Below are positions 12,701 to 25,566 of a DNA stretch of 64,000 nucleotides, in pieces. Under the pieces are notes generated by a model that ran no database searches, was not told where the DNA came from, and saw only the letters and a program-made list of their open reading frames with translations. Source of the DNA: Tubulanus polymorphus (taxonomy: Eukaryota > Animalia > Nemertea); NCBI RefSeq assembly GCF_964204645.1, contig NC_134028.1, forward strand, positions 21,820,345-21,884,344. Direction: 5' to 3'. The number at the start of each line of letters is the position of its first letter. The first letter of the stretch is position 1. Both the position numbers and the translations under genes were made by a program.

Positions 12701-15700
12701 TGAGTAGAGATCTTTCAGTCGCTGCATGGTGAGGAATCGTTTCAACTCGATTCCTCGAAGTTAGAGCTCACCTGTGAGTAGAGATCTTTCAGTCGTTGCA
12801 CGGTGAGGAATCGAGGGATTAGAACTCACCTGCGAGTAGAGATCTTTCAGTCGCTGCACGGTGAGGAATCGTTTCAACTCGATTCCGACGTCGAGAAACA
12901 GTTGCACGAATTCGACGTTATTTTGAACGATCGCGGCCGACATCGCGTCATTCATACAATCGAGCGATCCCTTCCAGTGCGGTCGATTCTCCGCCGAGAA
13001 TATCTCGCTCCTCGCTATATCGACACGGTTCCAGGCGAGGGCAAAATTCAACTGTGACTGAATGTTCGATTTATTCGCTGCAAAAATAGAATTAACGTAC
13101 GTACATGTAGTTTCATTTTTGGCGGATTATTGTGGACTGGATGATTTAAATCTAAGAGAGGCGCAGTGGCCGAGTGGGCTAAGCCGCCGGTCACTGGTCT
13201 CGTCAATCCAGGGTTTATGGGTTCAAACTGGTGGGAACAGAGTTTCTTGGTCGAAGGTTCTTCTCTGGTCTCTCCCCCATTGGGAAAAAAGAAACATCGA
13301 ACCCGCTTATAATGCACTGTGTGGCGCTTAACGGGTGTTGAAAAAAAAAATGATTTAAATTAAATTCAAACGGCCTTTTATTGATCCGTAATGATAAAAT
13401 TATTGAAATATCAACGTTTAACCCTTTCAGTGCGTCTACACCGCAGTGCGGTGTATAAATCAGTGATAGATTTTGCTAGTACACCACACTGCGGTGTATT
13501 GATGTAATTAGTAATTATCTCTCTTGAAAAATGGCAGCACCTGTCAAACATAGTGAAATATTAGTAACTAACGATACACTGCGCTGCGGTGTAGACGCAC
13601 TACAGTGGTATTCCTGTTATTCAATACACTAGGGTGGAATTTCTTAAAATTTTCAAATTAGCTCCAGCACTATAGGATATTTATTAGTCAGCACTGAAAG
13701 GGTTAAGAGAGAATAGAAAATGACACTTAAAATCACAATATTTATATCAGCATTACAATTGAAATATTCATCAATGATTTACTTATTTTAGGAGTTTCAC
13801 TTTTTCTGGTTGTATTGGCAACAAATAAGAACCTCGAGGACAAAATTGAAACTAAAAGATTTGAAAAACACTGACCTCGAAGTAAAGCATTCAGGATAGC
13901 TTTATCTAAATCCTGATTTTCTTCGTTAATTTCGTACACGGTCAACTAAAAAAACGAACGAAATTCGCGTGAATTTCATCCCTCGACCCGCTCGGTTTGA
14001 TTAAGGGTTATATCAGCGGGGGTGTCGACTAATAGTAGGTCGATAATTACCAGTTTGCGGTACTGTTTCATGCTGGTTCTTATCGCGGTCACCGCACTAT
14101 TCATTCGCTCTTCGGTTTGCTCATTCATCACGTGAATATCGAACAATACTTTTAATCTTTCTGCCAATTCCAGTACGAAATTATCCGGTTCGATGCAGTC
14201 TTCAGGGCTATCGATGTAATAAACGCATAAAGATGGTGCCATAAGCTACGATTTTGCAATTGATTGTGGCAACAAAATATGCCTAGGTACCGATATAATA
14301 GGGAAATACTATGTCATAGGGGGTAGCGGATGCACCCCTTTTTGAGACTAACTTCTCAAATTACTATGTAATCAATATTTCATTCATTTGTTGAGTGGTA
14401 AATGATTGATCGATTTAGCCTGTAAAATCCTAAGTTGAAACAAGGTCACGTTGCTAAGTTTTAAATGTACATCTAGAATTGAGGAGCTAGCACAAGACGT
14501 GTTGAAGTGGGTAGACCCTCGAACGGGTAGTTTTAAGCTTTTAAACACGTCTAAAATCACGTGATCACAAGTTTCTTGCAAATTTGATTAGTCTTGTGGA
14601 AAACGTCTCTAAAGCCTCTGATTTTCAAGAAGTTTTTTGGATTTCAAACCCCATATTGTGTTTGGATCTTGCATTGATGCTAATTTCGACCCCCCCATGA
14701 AAATTCCTGGGGACGCCTATGCAGCTTTCAATTGATAGCGGTTACAAAATATGCCTAGGTACCAACATTATGGAAACCGACTACGCTGTTCTACTATTCT
14801 ATACGGTGTGTCTACGGTACTTACTCTAATCTGTTGCGAGTGATTTTGTAAGCATAAGCGAACAAGTCGGCAGCTCTTCCCGAACCGGCTATTATAACGA
14901 CGGGAATATCCTGTTTCAACGCCGCGAATACGGTTTCCACGGAATTCGCTCCACCTTCCAATAATAACTGCACTACCGGTACATTCACACCTGTTTACAG
15001 ATAGAGATATTGTGAAATTACGACTGAATGGTTGGCTTAATTTTTTGGACTTCTCCTTCCAGAAGAAAACATGGCTAGTCGAGCCCTGAAGGTGGATTGA
15101 AATTTAGCTAAATCATGCCCACGCAGTTGCAGTTTATGAACTGACCCTATGATTGTTCAGTCGCATTATTAACACATTAGCACTCAGGAATTTCACTATG
15201 TAGTGTCAATTACTCATTCAAGAGAAAATCCAAGTTTATCACGATAGGAATCATTCATTTATTACGTACGCATAAGATTTGAATTTTTCAACCCCCCCTC
15301 CTCCTCTGTACGCAAAATCGGCCATTTTTTCATATACATTAAGCATTACAGTAAGCAATTGCACTGAACCCTCCCCCTCCCCTAATTCCTACGTAATAAA
15401 TGAATGACCCCATACACAATAGCTCATTTGCTGTTTATTTTCATTCATTACAAGTTTTTGTTATTTCGAAGTACATACTCAAGGCTTTGATGATATAAGA
15501 TTTGATAAGGCGGGCCACCAAAATCTTGTCATTACGCCCCCCCCCCCGAAATTCATTCAAACTTACTTGGATTTGAAGTGAATGCTCAGATCTGTCATGT
15601 TCTTACTTTCAAAATTTGAGAACTTCAAATAGTTGAGTTGATTTTTGTACGGTATTTTGAGGACTTGGGTGTCGACTTTATCATAAGCTAATGGGTTCGA

Positions 15701-18700
15701 ATCCCACTATAACTGTTTACGGGCGGCTAGAGTGCTAACGGGTTAACGAACTGGAGAAAATCTCATTGCTTACTCTGTTTTTCTGAAATACTCGTCTCCA
15801 CCTCTGAAATAGCGCGCTCGAACGCGGCGCGGAATTCAATCTCGCGTCCGTATTGTTTCTCAGTTCCGTCGTCGACGAGAATGAAATGCGTGTGATTGTG
15901 ATCTAATCGACACGTGTGACGCTCGTTCTGTAGATCGTCGATATTATACGACGCCGGAAACAGACCTTGACCCTGAATTGAAAACGACAAGGAGTTCGAA
16001 ATCAATAAAAATGAATCTAAAGACAACATATTCAAACATAGGGATACATTGTACTGGAAGGGGGGGTAGATGCAATACAGCAGTAAGTTAGTTATACGCT
16101 GCACTGGGGCAGGCAAAATATACCAGTATATCAATTATACATTGTACTGGGGTGGAACATAAAGTACAACAGTAGGTCAGTTATACACTGCACTGTGGGG
16201 ACGATACAATACAACAGTACCGGTAAGTCAGTTATACACCGCACTGCAGGGTAGACAAGATATACTGTAATAGTATATAAGTTATACACAGCACTGTGGA
16301 GTAGATGCAATATAGCAGGAAGTGAGTTACACATTGCACTGTGGAGTGGATGCAACATAACAGAATATCTGTTTATCGTACTACAGGTAAATGCAGTATA
16401 GCAGGATGTCAGCATACACTGCACTGCCGGGTAGACAGTAAAGCAGTGTAAGAGGTATACATCGTACTGCAGGATAGACACAATACTACAATACTGTCTG
16501 TACCTTTTCTCCAATAAGAGCTGCTTTATTGTCAACAGCACCCCATGTGCAGATACCGATACAGGTGACTATATCCGTTCCTCCCGTCATTAATGAATGT
16601 TCTTGAATCGCTTCTCCTACGTATTTCATCACTCCTTGATGCATTCCGCCCGTTACTATCCAAGCACCTGAAATGTGATACACATTGATCGAAATGAGAG
16701 AAAGTTCATCTTTGTGAAAGTTTTGAAAACTGGATGCAATTTTACCTGTTGATCTGGCAGCGTTGACGAGACCTCTCTTGAAGAGACTGAGCAGTTTTTG
16801 TTTGAGCTGAAATGATTTTGCGCCACCCGTGACGGATATGAGGAGTTTCGGAGGATTCAGACCCCAGTACTCGTCCATTAGAGTCCAGACGGACGATACT
16901 TCAGTTTTATGGTCGACTCTGATGTACTGGAAAAAAGATTTCACAGTTTGAATTTAAACTATAGTTGAATGAAAGAGTTGACCGACACTTCCATTCTGTA
17001 AATCAATATGATCGCTCTTGCCCATGACCAGTCTTACAGTGTACTTGACTAACAGTACTATGAGCTGCCATATTGAAAGAGCCACAGAGACAGTTCCCTG
17101 CCATTCAGGACAGTGTTAACCAAACAGCAGACCAAGTTGATTGAGTCGACCTGGTCTCCTAAGAGAGCATGGCTGTTCTATAGCATAATAGATTTACCTG
17201 TATATTAGACTTGGATAGTAATCATCAATGTTAAATATATTAGGGGGTCATTCATTTATTTTGTACCCATTAGGGGAGGGGGAGGGGTAAGTGCAATTGC
17301 GTACTGTAATGCTTTATGTAAATGAAAATGACTGATGTGTACATGGCGGGAGAGGGGGGTTAAAAAATTCAAATTTTATGAGTACGTAATAATTCAACGA
17401 TCCCTTAATAGTAGTTATACTAACCGGAGAGGTTGAAGCGACTTCGTTTCCGAAACCGTAGAATTTGATTTCGCCGAATGAATCGGGGTCGATTTCGCGA
17501 GTGTGTTCGTCGACGGACCAGACCTGATCGCCGGTAGTCTGATCGACAACGATTCCTTCATAGATATGCCATTCAAATCCTCGACCGCACTTACAACGAC
17601 TCAAACTAGAGACAAACACAAATTCGAATTCATTGCGTGGAACACTTTTTATTCAAACGTATGGCAGACATTTCGAAATGAACAGTCCTGAGGGGTCAGA
17701 TGGGTGTGAATATTTTGTGCATAATCAAGATTGATAAAACACTATATCAGTGTTGTGACGATAGTATAGAGAAAATCCCACAATGATAATGAGAGACAAA
17801 GTCCGAAAATGTTTTCTAGAGCCAGTAGTTTATTTGAAGTTTCGACTTTATTCTAATAGTCATCTTCAGGAATACAGTATTCAGCATTCCTGATGATGAC
17901 TATCAGAATATAGTTGTAATGTCAAATAAACTACTACTACTAGCTCCGGTAACATATTCTTACTTTGTCGCTCATTATCATTGAGGAATTCTCATAGATG
18001 TTTTCGCACACAGGCTCAAGATCTACACTTTACCAATGACAACCTCTTGGAGGCCTCAGGCCTACGTGTATTTTCTCTTAGCAATAAGAATGGGGCGAAA
18101 AACAAGCCTCATGTACGTAATATAGCATTCGAGAATGTCTATTAGTAACTTTTTTCTTTTAGGGAAGTCCCACACCTCTATAGTGCCCGCAATGTCGGTC
18201 CACTTTCATGAAATTCCTTCCCCCTCTAAAGACGATGCTGGCTACGGACCTGATCAAGGCCTATATGTTACCTACAGTTTTCACACTTACTTGTATTTCG
18301 GATCGGCGATATATTTACTACATTGACGATGACGGATATTTCCGAAAACGTACGCAGCAGTTAGATCCTGAAAATAAATCACTATTTCATAGAGACAACT
18401 CGCATTAAATGACAAACTCATACAGAAAAGCCAGGTCCATTACTGGCAGTAATATGTGTTACTCAATTCATTACAGTGAAACTGAAACCAGATTAATCAG
18501 AATTATTTGAATTTCAATGTACCTATTATGGTATTCATAATAAAACATTAAACAGATGAATAAATACCTTATTTGTCATATTTTTTCCGAAATAACCTCT
18601 TATATTCAGGGGTATTAACGGGATATAAATACTCTGATAGGCCTTTAGGCCCATAGGCAAGCACATCCTGCTTGGATTTAACAGTTTTTTCTTAGGTGAA

Positions 18701-20663
18701 CACTTGTTATCAAACAGTTATCAGTGTTTTATCTATTGACAACTATTTCGAAATATATTTCATGTAGCCTATATTTACGCTACCCTGAAAAGAGTTTTAT
18801 CGCTTGAATAGTACGTACTATTTTTATTAAACTGTAGCACCAGGTGCTAACCTTAGGTCACAAATACCATCAACTTCCAAATTGATAAGATAAACAGAAT
18901 TAAAATGAGCTGGGCCCAGGGTCATGAAAAAGTTAAAACTCGATTTTTTGGATCTATTCCCATTGGCATCTTCAATGAGTTAAACGATTCAGACTTAACC
19001 ATTTTGAGCTAGACCTGCCAACCTATCGATCACCACATCAGGGACAAAAAAGTAAATTTTCAAGGATACAATATAAAGAAAAATGAAGAATTAGAATAAT
19101 CTTTTTGGGACAGTGGAAAATTGTTTCAGGGACAGCAATAGATTTTCATAGCAGCGAAAAACCATGATCAGGGACTCTGATAGTTAGTTACCTTATCGTT
19201 GGCGGTAAGCTTTTAGCCTATAATTGGATGGATTTATATGGGTCCTGAAACTGGCAAACTCAAAATTCCTCAATCAAAAATGCTCCAACAGTCCACACTC
19301 TAATAAACAGATTTAAGGAAATCACTTTTAATGGCTATTGAACCCAAATCCAATTCTGGTCTTAGCCTAAGTCATTTAAAGCACAATTCTTTGAAGTTAA
19401 TGAATCAAACTGATGTATCTAAAACTTCTACAGCGGACAGATTACTCCTATTTCGCGTTTCCATTTCACCCTCATTCTACCTAATTTCATTAAATTTTGA
19501 TCTTTTTTTCTGGGTGCTTGGATCCCTACGGGACACAGCCTCCATTGGCTTTCCAAGCATCCAGCCGCGTATGTATGTAAATTGTTTATAATCTATATAT
19601 CATTTATACTGCATATGTACATGGCGAAATAAATATTATATAAATATTATAAACTAAACCACTGACAGGTACTGACTAGGACTGTGAGGTATTTTCAGGG
19701 CACGTTGGCAGCTCTGGAGCTTATAGGCCTAGAAGACACTGGACTGTGGTCTATAAATCAAAGACGGACAATTAGAAATTAGAAATGGCGACTTACGTGT
19801 AGAACGCATTTTTTATTACGATGCATCGACTCGCGGTGATCTATTTTCACTTTCGCCATCGAGTCCGAGCGCAGTCCTTTGAACGCTTGCCGCGCGATAC
19901 CCATAGCCGCGAACGGTAGAATCTTAGATCCGGGCCGACGAGAGCCGTCCACCTCGTCCAGATTCACCGTGTACGTACCGACGCTGGCGTTCGATTGTTT
20001 ACGACCTTCACCCGCCATCTGCCCGTACATCGGATTGTTGTAACTATTTAACAGTTTCGAAGATGACGAACCGTCTATATCTATCGTATACGTTCCAGTA
20101 CTTCCGAGATTCTCCATGCTATTCTCCCGTTTGCTACCACTGCTACGGTTTTGACGGTCTCTACGTCTATTACGCTTCTCTGCCGCCAATTCCGAGTCCG
20201 CGGTACCGTCCCTCGTTTTAAATCGTCTACGTCTACTACCGCCGACATCTCGGTTGGATTTTCGTTCCGACGCCTCTCGCGGTTTCGTTCGTTTTTTCGC
20301 CGACGGAGCCTTACCGGACAGCGACGGATTTTTAAACGGATCGTTTTCGATCATGTTCTCGAGGATTTCGTCGTAACTTGTGTAAAGTCCGTGATATCGC
20401 GCTCCCATTTTCGGCACCCGCTCGTCGAACGATGGGTATGATTCTGAGATTTTGCGCTCCTCGTCACGGAGGTCCTCATCATACCCGTTTTCCTGAGTAC
20501 GCGGTGTCATAGTGGTCAAGTCTATCTGGACTGGACGTGGAATACGCGATGTCACGCTCCTCGGTACGGTGAACTGGTCGGCTTCGGGATTATCCTGTTC
20601 ACGGATCGGGGAGCTCCCTGTCGATAATGACACCGTCTCGTTCAATAAGGGGCGCTCACTCAT
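3736..20663 (-). CDS. TRPM: TRPM-family cation channel (invertebrate TRPM2-like pore; no NUDT9-H or kinase domain), 25 coding exons
   Basis: GT-AG exons: 19797-20663, 18291-18367, 17425-17605, 16746-16926, 16504-16667, 15774-15972, 14825-14990, 14051-14207, 13876-13945, 12830-13077, 11909-11974, 11405-11537, 10943-11032, 10594-10761, 10260-10359, 9198-9423, 8389-8646, 7978-8121, 7278-7535, 6234-6408, 5690-5852, 4904-5091, 4648-4780, 4360-4488, 3736-3937. Motifs: MHR (PKLLISVTGGA, GAWIVTGG, LDHNHTHFILVDDGT, LAWNRVDIA, LFIWAVL), FYTAPVTKF, S4-S5 IGPKVIMI, pore PYWQMYGELFLDE, TRP box WRFYRY, C-terminal coiled coil, stop TAG 3736-3738. Confidence 0.93.
6910..7197 (+). mobile_element. piggyBac-type MITE, copy 1
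   Basis: TTAA|CCCTTTCAGTGC...GCACTAAAAGGG|TTAA; about 280 bp; near-identical copies at 9448, 13422, 32168 and 45265. Confidence 0.85.
7652..7944 (+). mobile_element. MITE with CAGGGTGGCCAC TIRs (hAT-like); relative at 45891-46178
   Basis: CAGGGTGGCCAC...GTGGCCAC termini, internal TTCCCTGA motifs, homologous copy in an RNPS1 intron. Confidence 0.55.
8246..8367. repeat. Near-perfect ~120-bp palindrome (foldback) in a TRPM intron
   Basis: CACAGGGACCTGAC...TATATATAAAAAAAC|GTTTTTTTATATATA...GTCAGGTCCCTGTG; the arms are reverse complements with a few mismatches. Confidence 0.85.
9448..9718 (+). mobile_element. piggyBac-type MITE, copy 2
   Basis: TTAA TSD, CCCTT...AAGGG termini, same family as 6910-7197. 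Confidence 0.85.
12078..12310. repeat. Minisatellite with ~29-30-bp units (CACTGGTCGCGGGGTTAAATGGGTTT...)
   Basis: Alternating related units read directly from the sequence. Confidence 0.8.
12333..12829 (-). repeat. Tandem array (74/58-bp units) copying the 3' end of TRPM exon 12830-13077 plus its 5' splice site
   Basis: Donor copies (AG|GTGAG) at 12829 (real), 12771, 12697, 12639, 12565, 12491, 12417 and 12343; each unit repeats the RFLTVQRLKDLYSQ-coding sequence. Confidence 0.9.
13157..13350 (+). mobile_element. tRNA-derived SINE; degenerate relatives near 10050-10235 (minus) and 33750-33910
   Basis: A-box TGGCCGAGTGG, B-box-like GGTTCAAAC, body shared with the other two loci, poly(A) tail. 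Confidence 0.6.
13422..13702 (+). mobile_element. piggyBac-type MITE, copy 3
   Basis: TTAA TSD; CCCTTTCAGTGC/GCACTGAAAGGG TIRs. Confidence 0.85.
15248..15411. mobile_element. MITE with GGGTCATTCATTTATTACGTA-type TIRs; inverted relative at 17243-17405
   Basis: TCATTCATTTATTACGTA...TACGTAATAAATGAATGACCC inverted termini; homologous sequence in the opposite orientation near 17243-17405. Confidence 0.6.
16045..16485. repeat. Degenerate ~42-bp minisatellite filling a TRPM intron
   Basis: Recurring GTAGATGCAATA...AGTTATACAC(T/C)GCACTG unit; similar motifs at 33290-33610. Confidence 0.65.
17770..17995. mobile_element. Palindromic Penelope-like pLTR remnant with degenerate hammerhead core
   Basis: Inverted arms centred near 17877. 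The minus arm reads CTGAAGATGACT...AGTCGAAAC TTC AAATAAAC. Same family as 45028-45259. Confidence 0.55.
19011..19714. mobile_element. Probable non-autonomous DNA element with AGACCTGCCAAC/GTTGGCAGCTCT termini
   Basis: Imperfect 12-bp TIRs and internal GGGAC motifs; TSD not established. Confidence 0.4.
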
Positions 20664-21736
20664 TTTCTTACCATCATCATCGCCTGTTGCTTAAAATATC
20701 CTTTACCATTGCCCTGGAAACAGAGAACAACAATCTAGTATTTGACAAGATTTCTTCAAAACTGTGACTGTCTGTGTAGGCCTATTTATTTAAGATTTGA
20801 AAAAAAAACAACAAAGGGCGCCTTCCTTGAATCCTCATTTTGGCTATCAGGCCCTAACTTTTATTCTCTGGGATCGGACAGGGATATTTGTTAGTCCTTT
20901 TAGAGATGTTTACATTCATGTTTACAGTGACAGCGTCAATTTAGCGACCGCCTTATTCGCTAGCTGCTGATCCGGCAAAGAGTTCGATTCCGTGAGGTAG
21001 TAATGACCAATTCAATTCAATTAAGCTTTGTTATCTCCCTTAAGACATTTAATTCTATCTGACAGCAAACGAATGAATACATTAAAGTTGTCCCATTTGG
21101 TAACTAATCGTTTCAGTTTGACTGCAATAGACAATATATGAGGTTTGAAATTATTTTAGAGTTTTGGATTGAAGATATCCGGAAATTAGTGATATCCTTG
21201 AAAAAGCGGACGCTAACTTTAACGTCAGTTTTCATTTCCGGGTTTTTACGGTTTTTAGAAACAGGTTAAACTGCAGCTATGCAGCATGTCCCGTGAGAGG
21301 ACCTGGGGCCTGTGACGGGACAAGGATGTCCCGTCACAGGTCCCGATGGAAAATGAAAACTTTGCATTTCGTAGACGAAATGTCGGAAGAAACTGCACTC
21401 GATTGGTTACTATATACACTCAAAATAATGTTAAGAACATGTTAATAATCGAAATTTGTTCGTAATTTTATTATTTCAGATCAATGATATCATCAAATCG
21501 AAACATTAAATGTAATAATGAAGATCGGATCAAGAGAAGACAGAACCACAGCTATCGAAATTTCAATTTTTAGTGTATAGACTGACTCATACTATCGAAA
21601 ATAAAGTGAATGTATCTTGACAATTTTGGTGCCAATGGTGTTAGTAACCGTTTGTTAAGCGTTACACTGCAAACAAAAGTAAAAGTGGAGGGGGCAACTT
21701 AATGGCCCTAGATCACTCTCGAGAGAGAATTCAAAG

Positions 21737-22099
21737 TGAGGGACCCGATTCAACACACTGTCCCGTGAGAAGACCCGATTCAACTTACTGTCCCGTGAGA
21801 GGACCCGATTTCAAATACTGTCCCGTGAGAGGACCCGATTCAACACACTGTCCCGTGAGAGGGCCCGATTTTAAATACTGTCCCGTGGGAGGACTCGATT
21901 CAACACACTGTCCCGTGAGAGGACCCGATTCAACACACTGTCCCGTGAGAGGGCCCGATTTTAAATACTGTCCCGTGGGAGGACTCGATTCAACACACTG
22001 TCCCGTGAGAGGACCTGATTCAACACACTGTCCCGTGAGAGGACCCGATTTCAAATAATGTCCCGTGAGAGGGCCCGATTCAACACACTGTCCCGTGAG
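21737..22099 (+). repeat. Left subterminal 30-bp tandem array (~12 copies)
   Basis: Unit TGTCCCGTGAGAGGACCCGATT plus 8 variable nt (CAACACAC/TCAAATAC/TTAAATAC/CAACTTAC). Confidence 0.95.
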
Positions 22100-22174
22100 C
22101 CAAAAGTTGTTGAATGAGTATCTTTATGACAAATAGTGAATATTGGTGGAATATTTCTCTATTTTGATTTATAG

Positions 22175-24640
22175 GTATCCGGCGAACGACAGGACCAAGA
22201 CGACGACGTGGACGATGATATTTCAAACGTGAGTCAAAAGTTGTTGAATAAATATCTTTTTGACAAATAGTGAATATTGTTGGAATATTTCTCTATTTTG
22301 ATTTATAGGTGTCCGGCGAACGACAGGACCAAGACGATGACGTGGGCGATGATATTTCAAACGTGAGCCAAAAGTTGTTGCATGAAAACTTCAATGTACA
22401 ATATGAAAAAGTGATCAAATATTGAAAAAAAATATATTTTACTGTATGAAATTACAGGTTTCCGCAGAAGACGGCTGGCTTAGATTGTATGACGACGTCT
22501 TTGATATACAAAATCTCACCGAGGCAGAACAGATTAAAATCAGTATGAAGTTATCACTCAAAGAGTCACATCTCCGTCAGAGTGCAGAGAAAAGGCTTCA
22601 ATCTCTAGTTTCCGAATCCAATCTGAATATTGTGTCGGTCGCGGATGACGGAAGCTGCTTTTTTTGCAGCTGTTGTCGAACAATTGAGGCGAGAAAACGT
22701 TGACATAACAGCACATGAGCTACGATTAATGGCTGTTTCATACCTTTCTGAAAATAGATATTGCGCTGTAAGTAAATTAAAAACCCATTGATATATCAAG
22801 ACAGACTACAATAAATATTATATACACATATTATGGTTTGCTTCGCTGGATGGGGCTGATAAGGCCGACTTTCTGGAGTCTCATCTGACATGGCCATTAT
22901 ATCTTAATAAAATGAGACAAAGAACCACCTGGGCCGATGCTTTAGTTGTCCGTGCCACAGCTGACTGTTAAGGGAGACCAATGGTACTATATACCAGTTC
23001 AGAGCAGTCAAACATCAATATGATAGATCCTGTCGAATGTAAAAATGCTGAACCCATCTTACTAGGGCATATTCAAGATATTCACTACGTTGCCCTAGTA
23101 AAAAGGAGCTATATCCCAAGACGACGCGTGTCAGTCGAGAGTGTCAGAGGGTAACCTTGCGGCCTAACCCACGGAAGACGGTAAGTTGATAGTATATGCC
23201 ACCCCTTCTGACTATTTGGCAAAAATAATACAGCCATCAGAAGCCTTGTTCATGTCAGCTAAGGGTTAATTAATTGAATTTCATAGCGTCAAAGTGACAG
23301 TTACCTCTGAGAACCGCAGAAAAAAAGAAGACGGGTTGTCGATAAAGGAATCTACTGCGTTTGCAAGAAACCAGATGATGGAAGGTAAAGCTTAATTATA
23401 TCATATAAGATCAGGCTGTTGTTTTAAGATTCAGTCGTCATTGTCGAAAAAATCTTTTACCTTCACTTTCACTTTCACTTACCTTCACTTTCAAAATTTT
23501 CTGCATTTGCATTTTAGGAAGTATTTGCAATGCGATGAATGTAGTGGGTGGTTCCATCCGAAATGTATTGGTCTGAACGAAGATACTGTGGAGAAAATTG
23601 ACTATAGATGCGAAACGTGTTTTCAGGTAAGCGATGAACTAAAAAAATATTTTGATCAAATAAGCTATGCCTATATCCTTGCTATGCTATCCTTTTATAC
23701 AATGTGATTGCATTCTTTTTATATAGGTACCTAAACGATTCATTAAGAGTCAGGTATGGAATCCGATACATAATGCATACGAAACTCTTGCCATTTTCCA
23801 CTAGAAAGCAATGAATCAAATGTTTTTCTTTTCGCAGCTTGGCGCGGTTGAATATCACGTTTCTCGTATAATTAATGCCGAGATAAAAGACAAGAGGTAA
23901 ATATTGTACCTTAGTAGAAATCTCGCCAGTTTGTTGAATTTTTCAAACTTTTGTTGATAATATACAATCTTTGGTTTCAGAAGGCCGGAATTCAGGAGAC
24001 ATTTGGACTTGATTAACAAAGACCATGAAAGAGCCGAAAAAGAACTGAAAGGATATGGCTATGGGCTTTTAACTGATGAGGTAAGCATTGATAACAGAAA
24101 ATATGAAATGCGTACAAATAAATGAGCTTTCTTTCGATCATCGTAATATTCAATATTTTAAAGGGCCATGCATATCTCTATAGTGTAATGAAATCATACG
24201 TCAGCCCTACCTTTGCGGACAAATCGTAAGTATATACATGAATCAGACGTGAAGTTTTTTTACTATATTTCGAAATGATAATCAATTCATTTCAATTACA
24301 GGAAACCATATTCAACTCGCTACATGACCCTCCGACAACATCATTCTAAAATGCTGAATTCAGTTTTTAAAGAAGGAAAGACGTAAGTTCATTCTCATCT
24401 TCTATTGCTAATCTCTTAAAAGAATTTCATCCATGTTATATTCATTGTATTAAAATATTTTTCAGGTCAGCAGTAACGTATGTTAATGACGTTTTGCTTA
24501 AAGAGGCCATTTGTTTATTGGTGTCAACCTACCGAAATATCACATACAACGAGGCTGATATTCTTGGAAGAAGAACAGAGGCCAAAAAACTAAAAGATGT
24601 ACAACGACTAATGTCCAAATACTTCTTGCCAGATTATTGA
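22175..24640 (+). pseudogene. Decayed multi-exon cargo gene: acidic mini-exons, UIM-like motif, OTU deubiquitinase domain, PHD finger, helical C-terminus
   Basis: Exons include 22175-22228, 22309-22362, 22458-22767 (EAEQIKISMKLSLKE; VADDGSCFF-AAV with a +1 frameshift in T7 at 22659-22665), ~22845-23180 (YLNKMRQRTTWADALVVRATADC*...ILLGHIQDIHYVAL, stop at 22969), 23287-23384 plus 23518-23626 (YCVCKKPDDGRKYLQCDECSGWFHPKCIG...YRCETC, C4HC3), further small exons, and last exon 24466-24640 ending TGA. Confidence 0.8.
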
Positions 24641-25566
24641 AGAGTGAAGCAGTTTTCGATTCTTAAATGGGAGCTGTTGTAGATTGGTTATCCCGTAATG
24701 ATTGTATTCTATGGAATAAGTTTTCTTGTTGCGATGAATTTTTGGATTGCTAGAGATGGTCTTTGCTGAATTTTGGTAATGGTTTTAATTGGAACCAGAT
24801 TGTGACATGGATGTTTGAATTGTTGAAATGCTGTCCAGTCTTTTAATAGATGTGTGTAGTATATAGCCTATAGAAGTTCTTTGCAATGATGTTTCAGAAG
24901 TTATGAATGATGGTTGAAAGATTCCAGCCGGGGCCGAGATGGTATTGTAAATTGTTGTTAATTAGTGGATCGTTTTATCTGCCTGGTTTGTTGTCGATGT
25001 CTTATGCTGTGTACTACTTCGTGTTAAATATTATTTTTGTATTGTGTCTTAACAGACAAGGGCGTTTTCTGTCATCCAATATGAAATGATAATTTTTGGT
25101 TCAAATTATAATACATCTATCCGGAATTGGGAAATATTGCTGAAGAGTAAAAGGGGAAATATGAAAGAATTGATGATAACCTTTTTTACCGTGTAAAGTA
25201 ATAATTAATAATTAAATGATAAGTAATAATTTAGTTTGGCGACAAAGATTTAGTAATCTAAAATGCTAAATTGATTTCGAATTCCAACGTATGTTGTTTA
25301 TGTTCAAATATGAATAATATAGTCTTCGAATGTAATATGGTTTACAGATTTTGATAAATAAATAACTGAACATAATTTCACATATATACGATTTGTTTTA
25401 TGTTTTAAGGGGACATAGCCAATTTGGCTTTTAGTACGTACATCCAGCCATCATTGTACGCATATTGTTGAAATAATAATTTCTTGTTGTAATTTTTATA
25501 TATGGCAAAAATGCATTATCATTATGAGCATGGGACTCTACATTGACAAAGTGGACAATTTCATTA

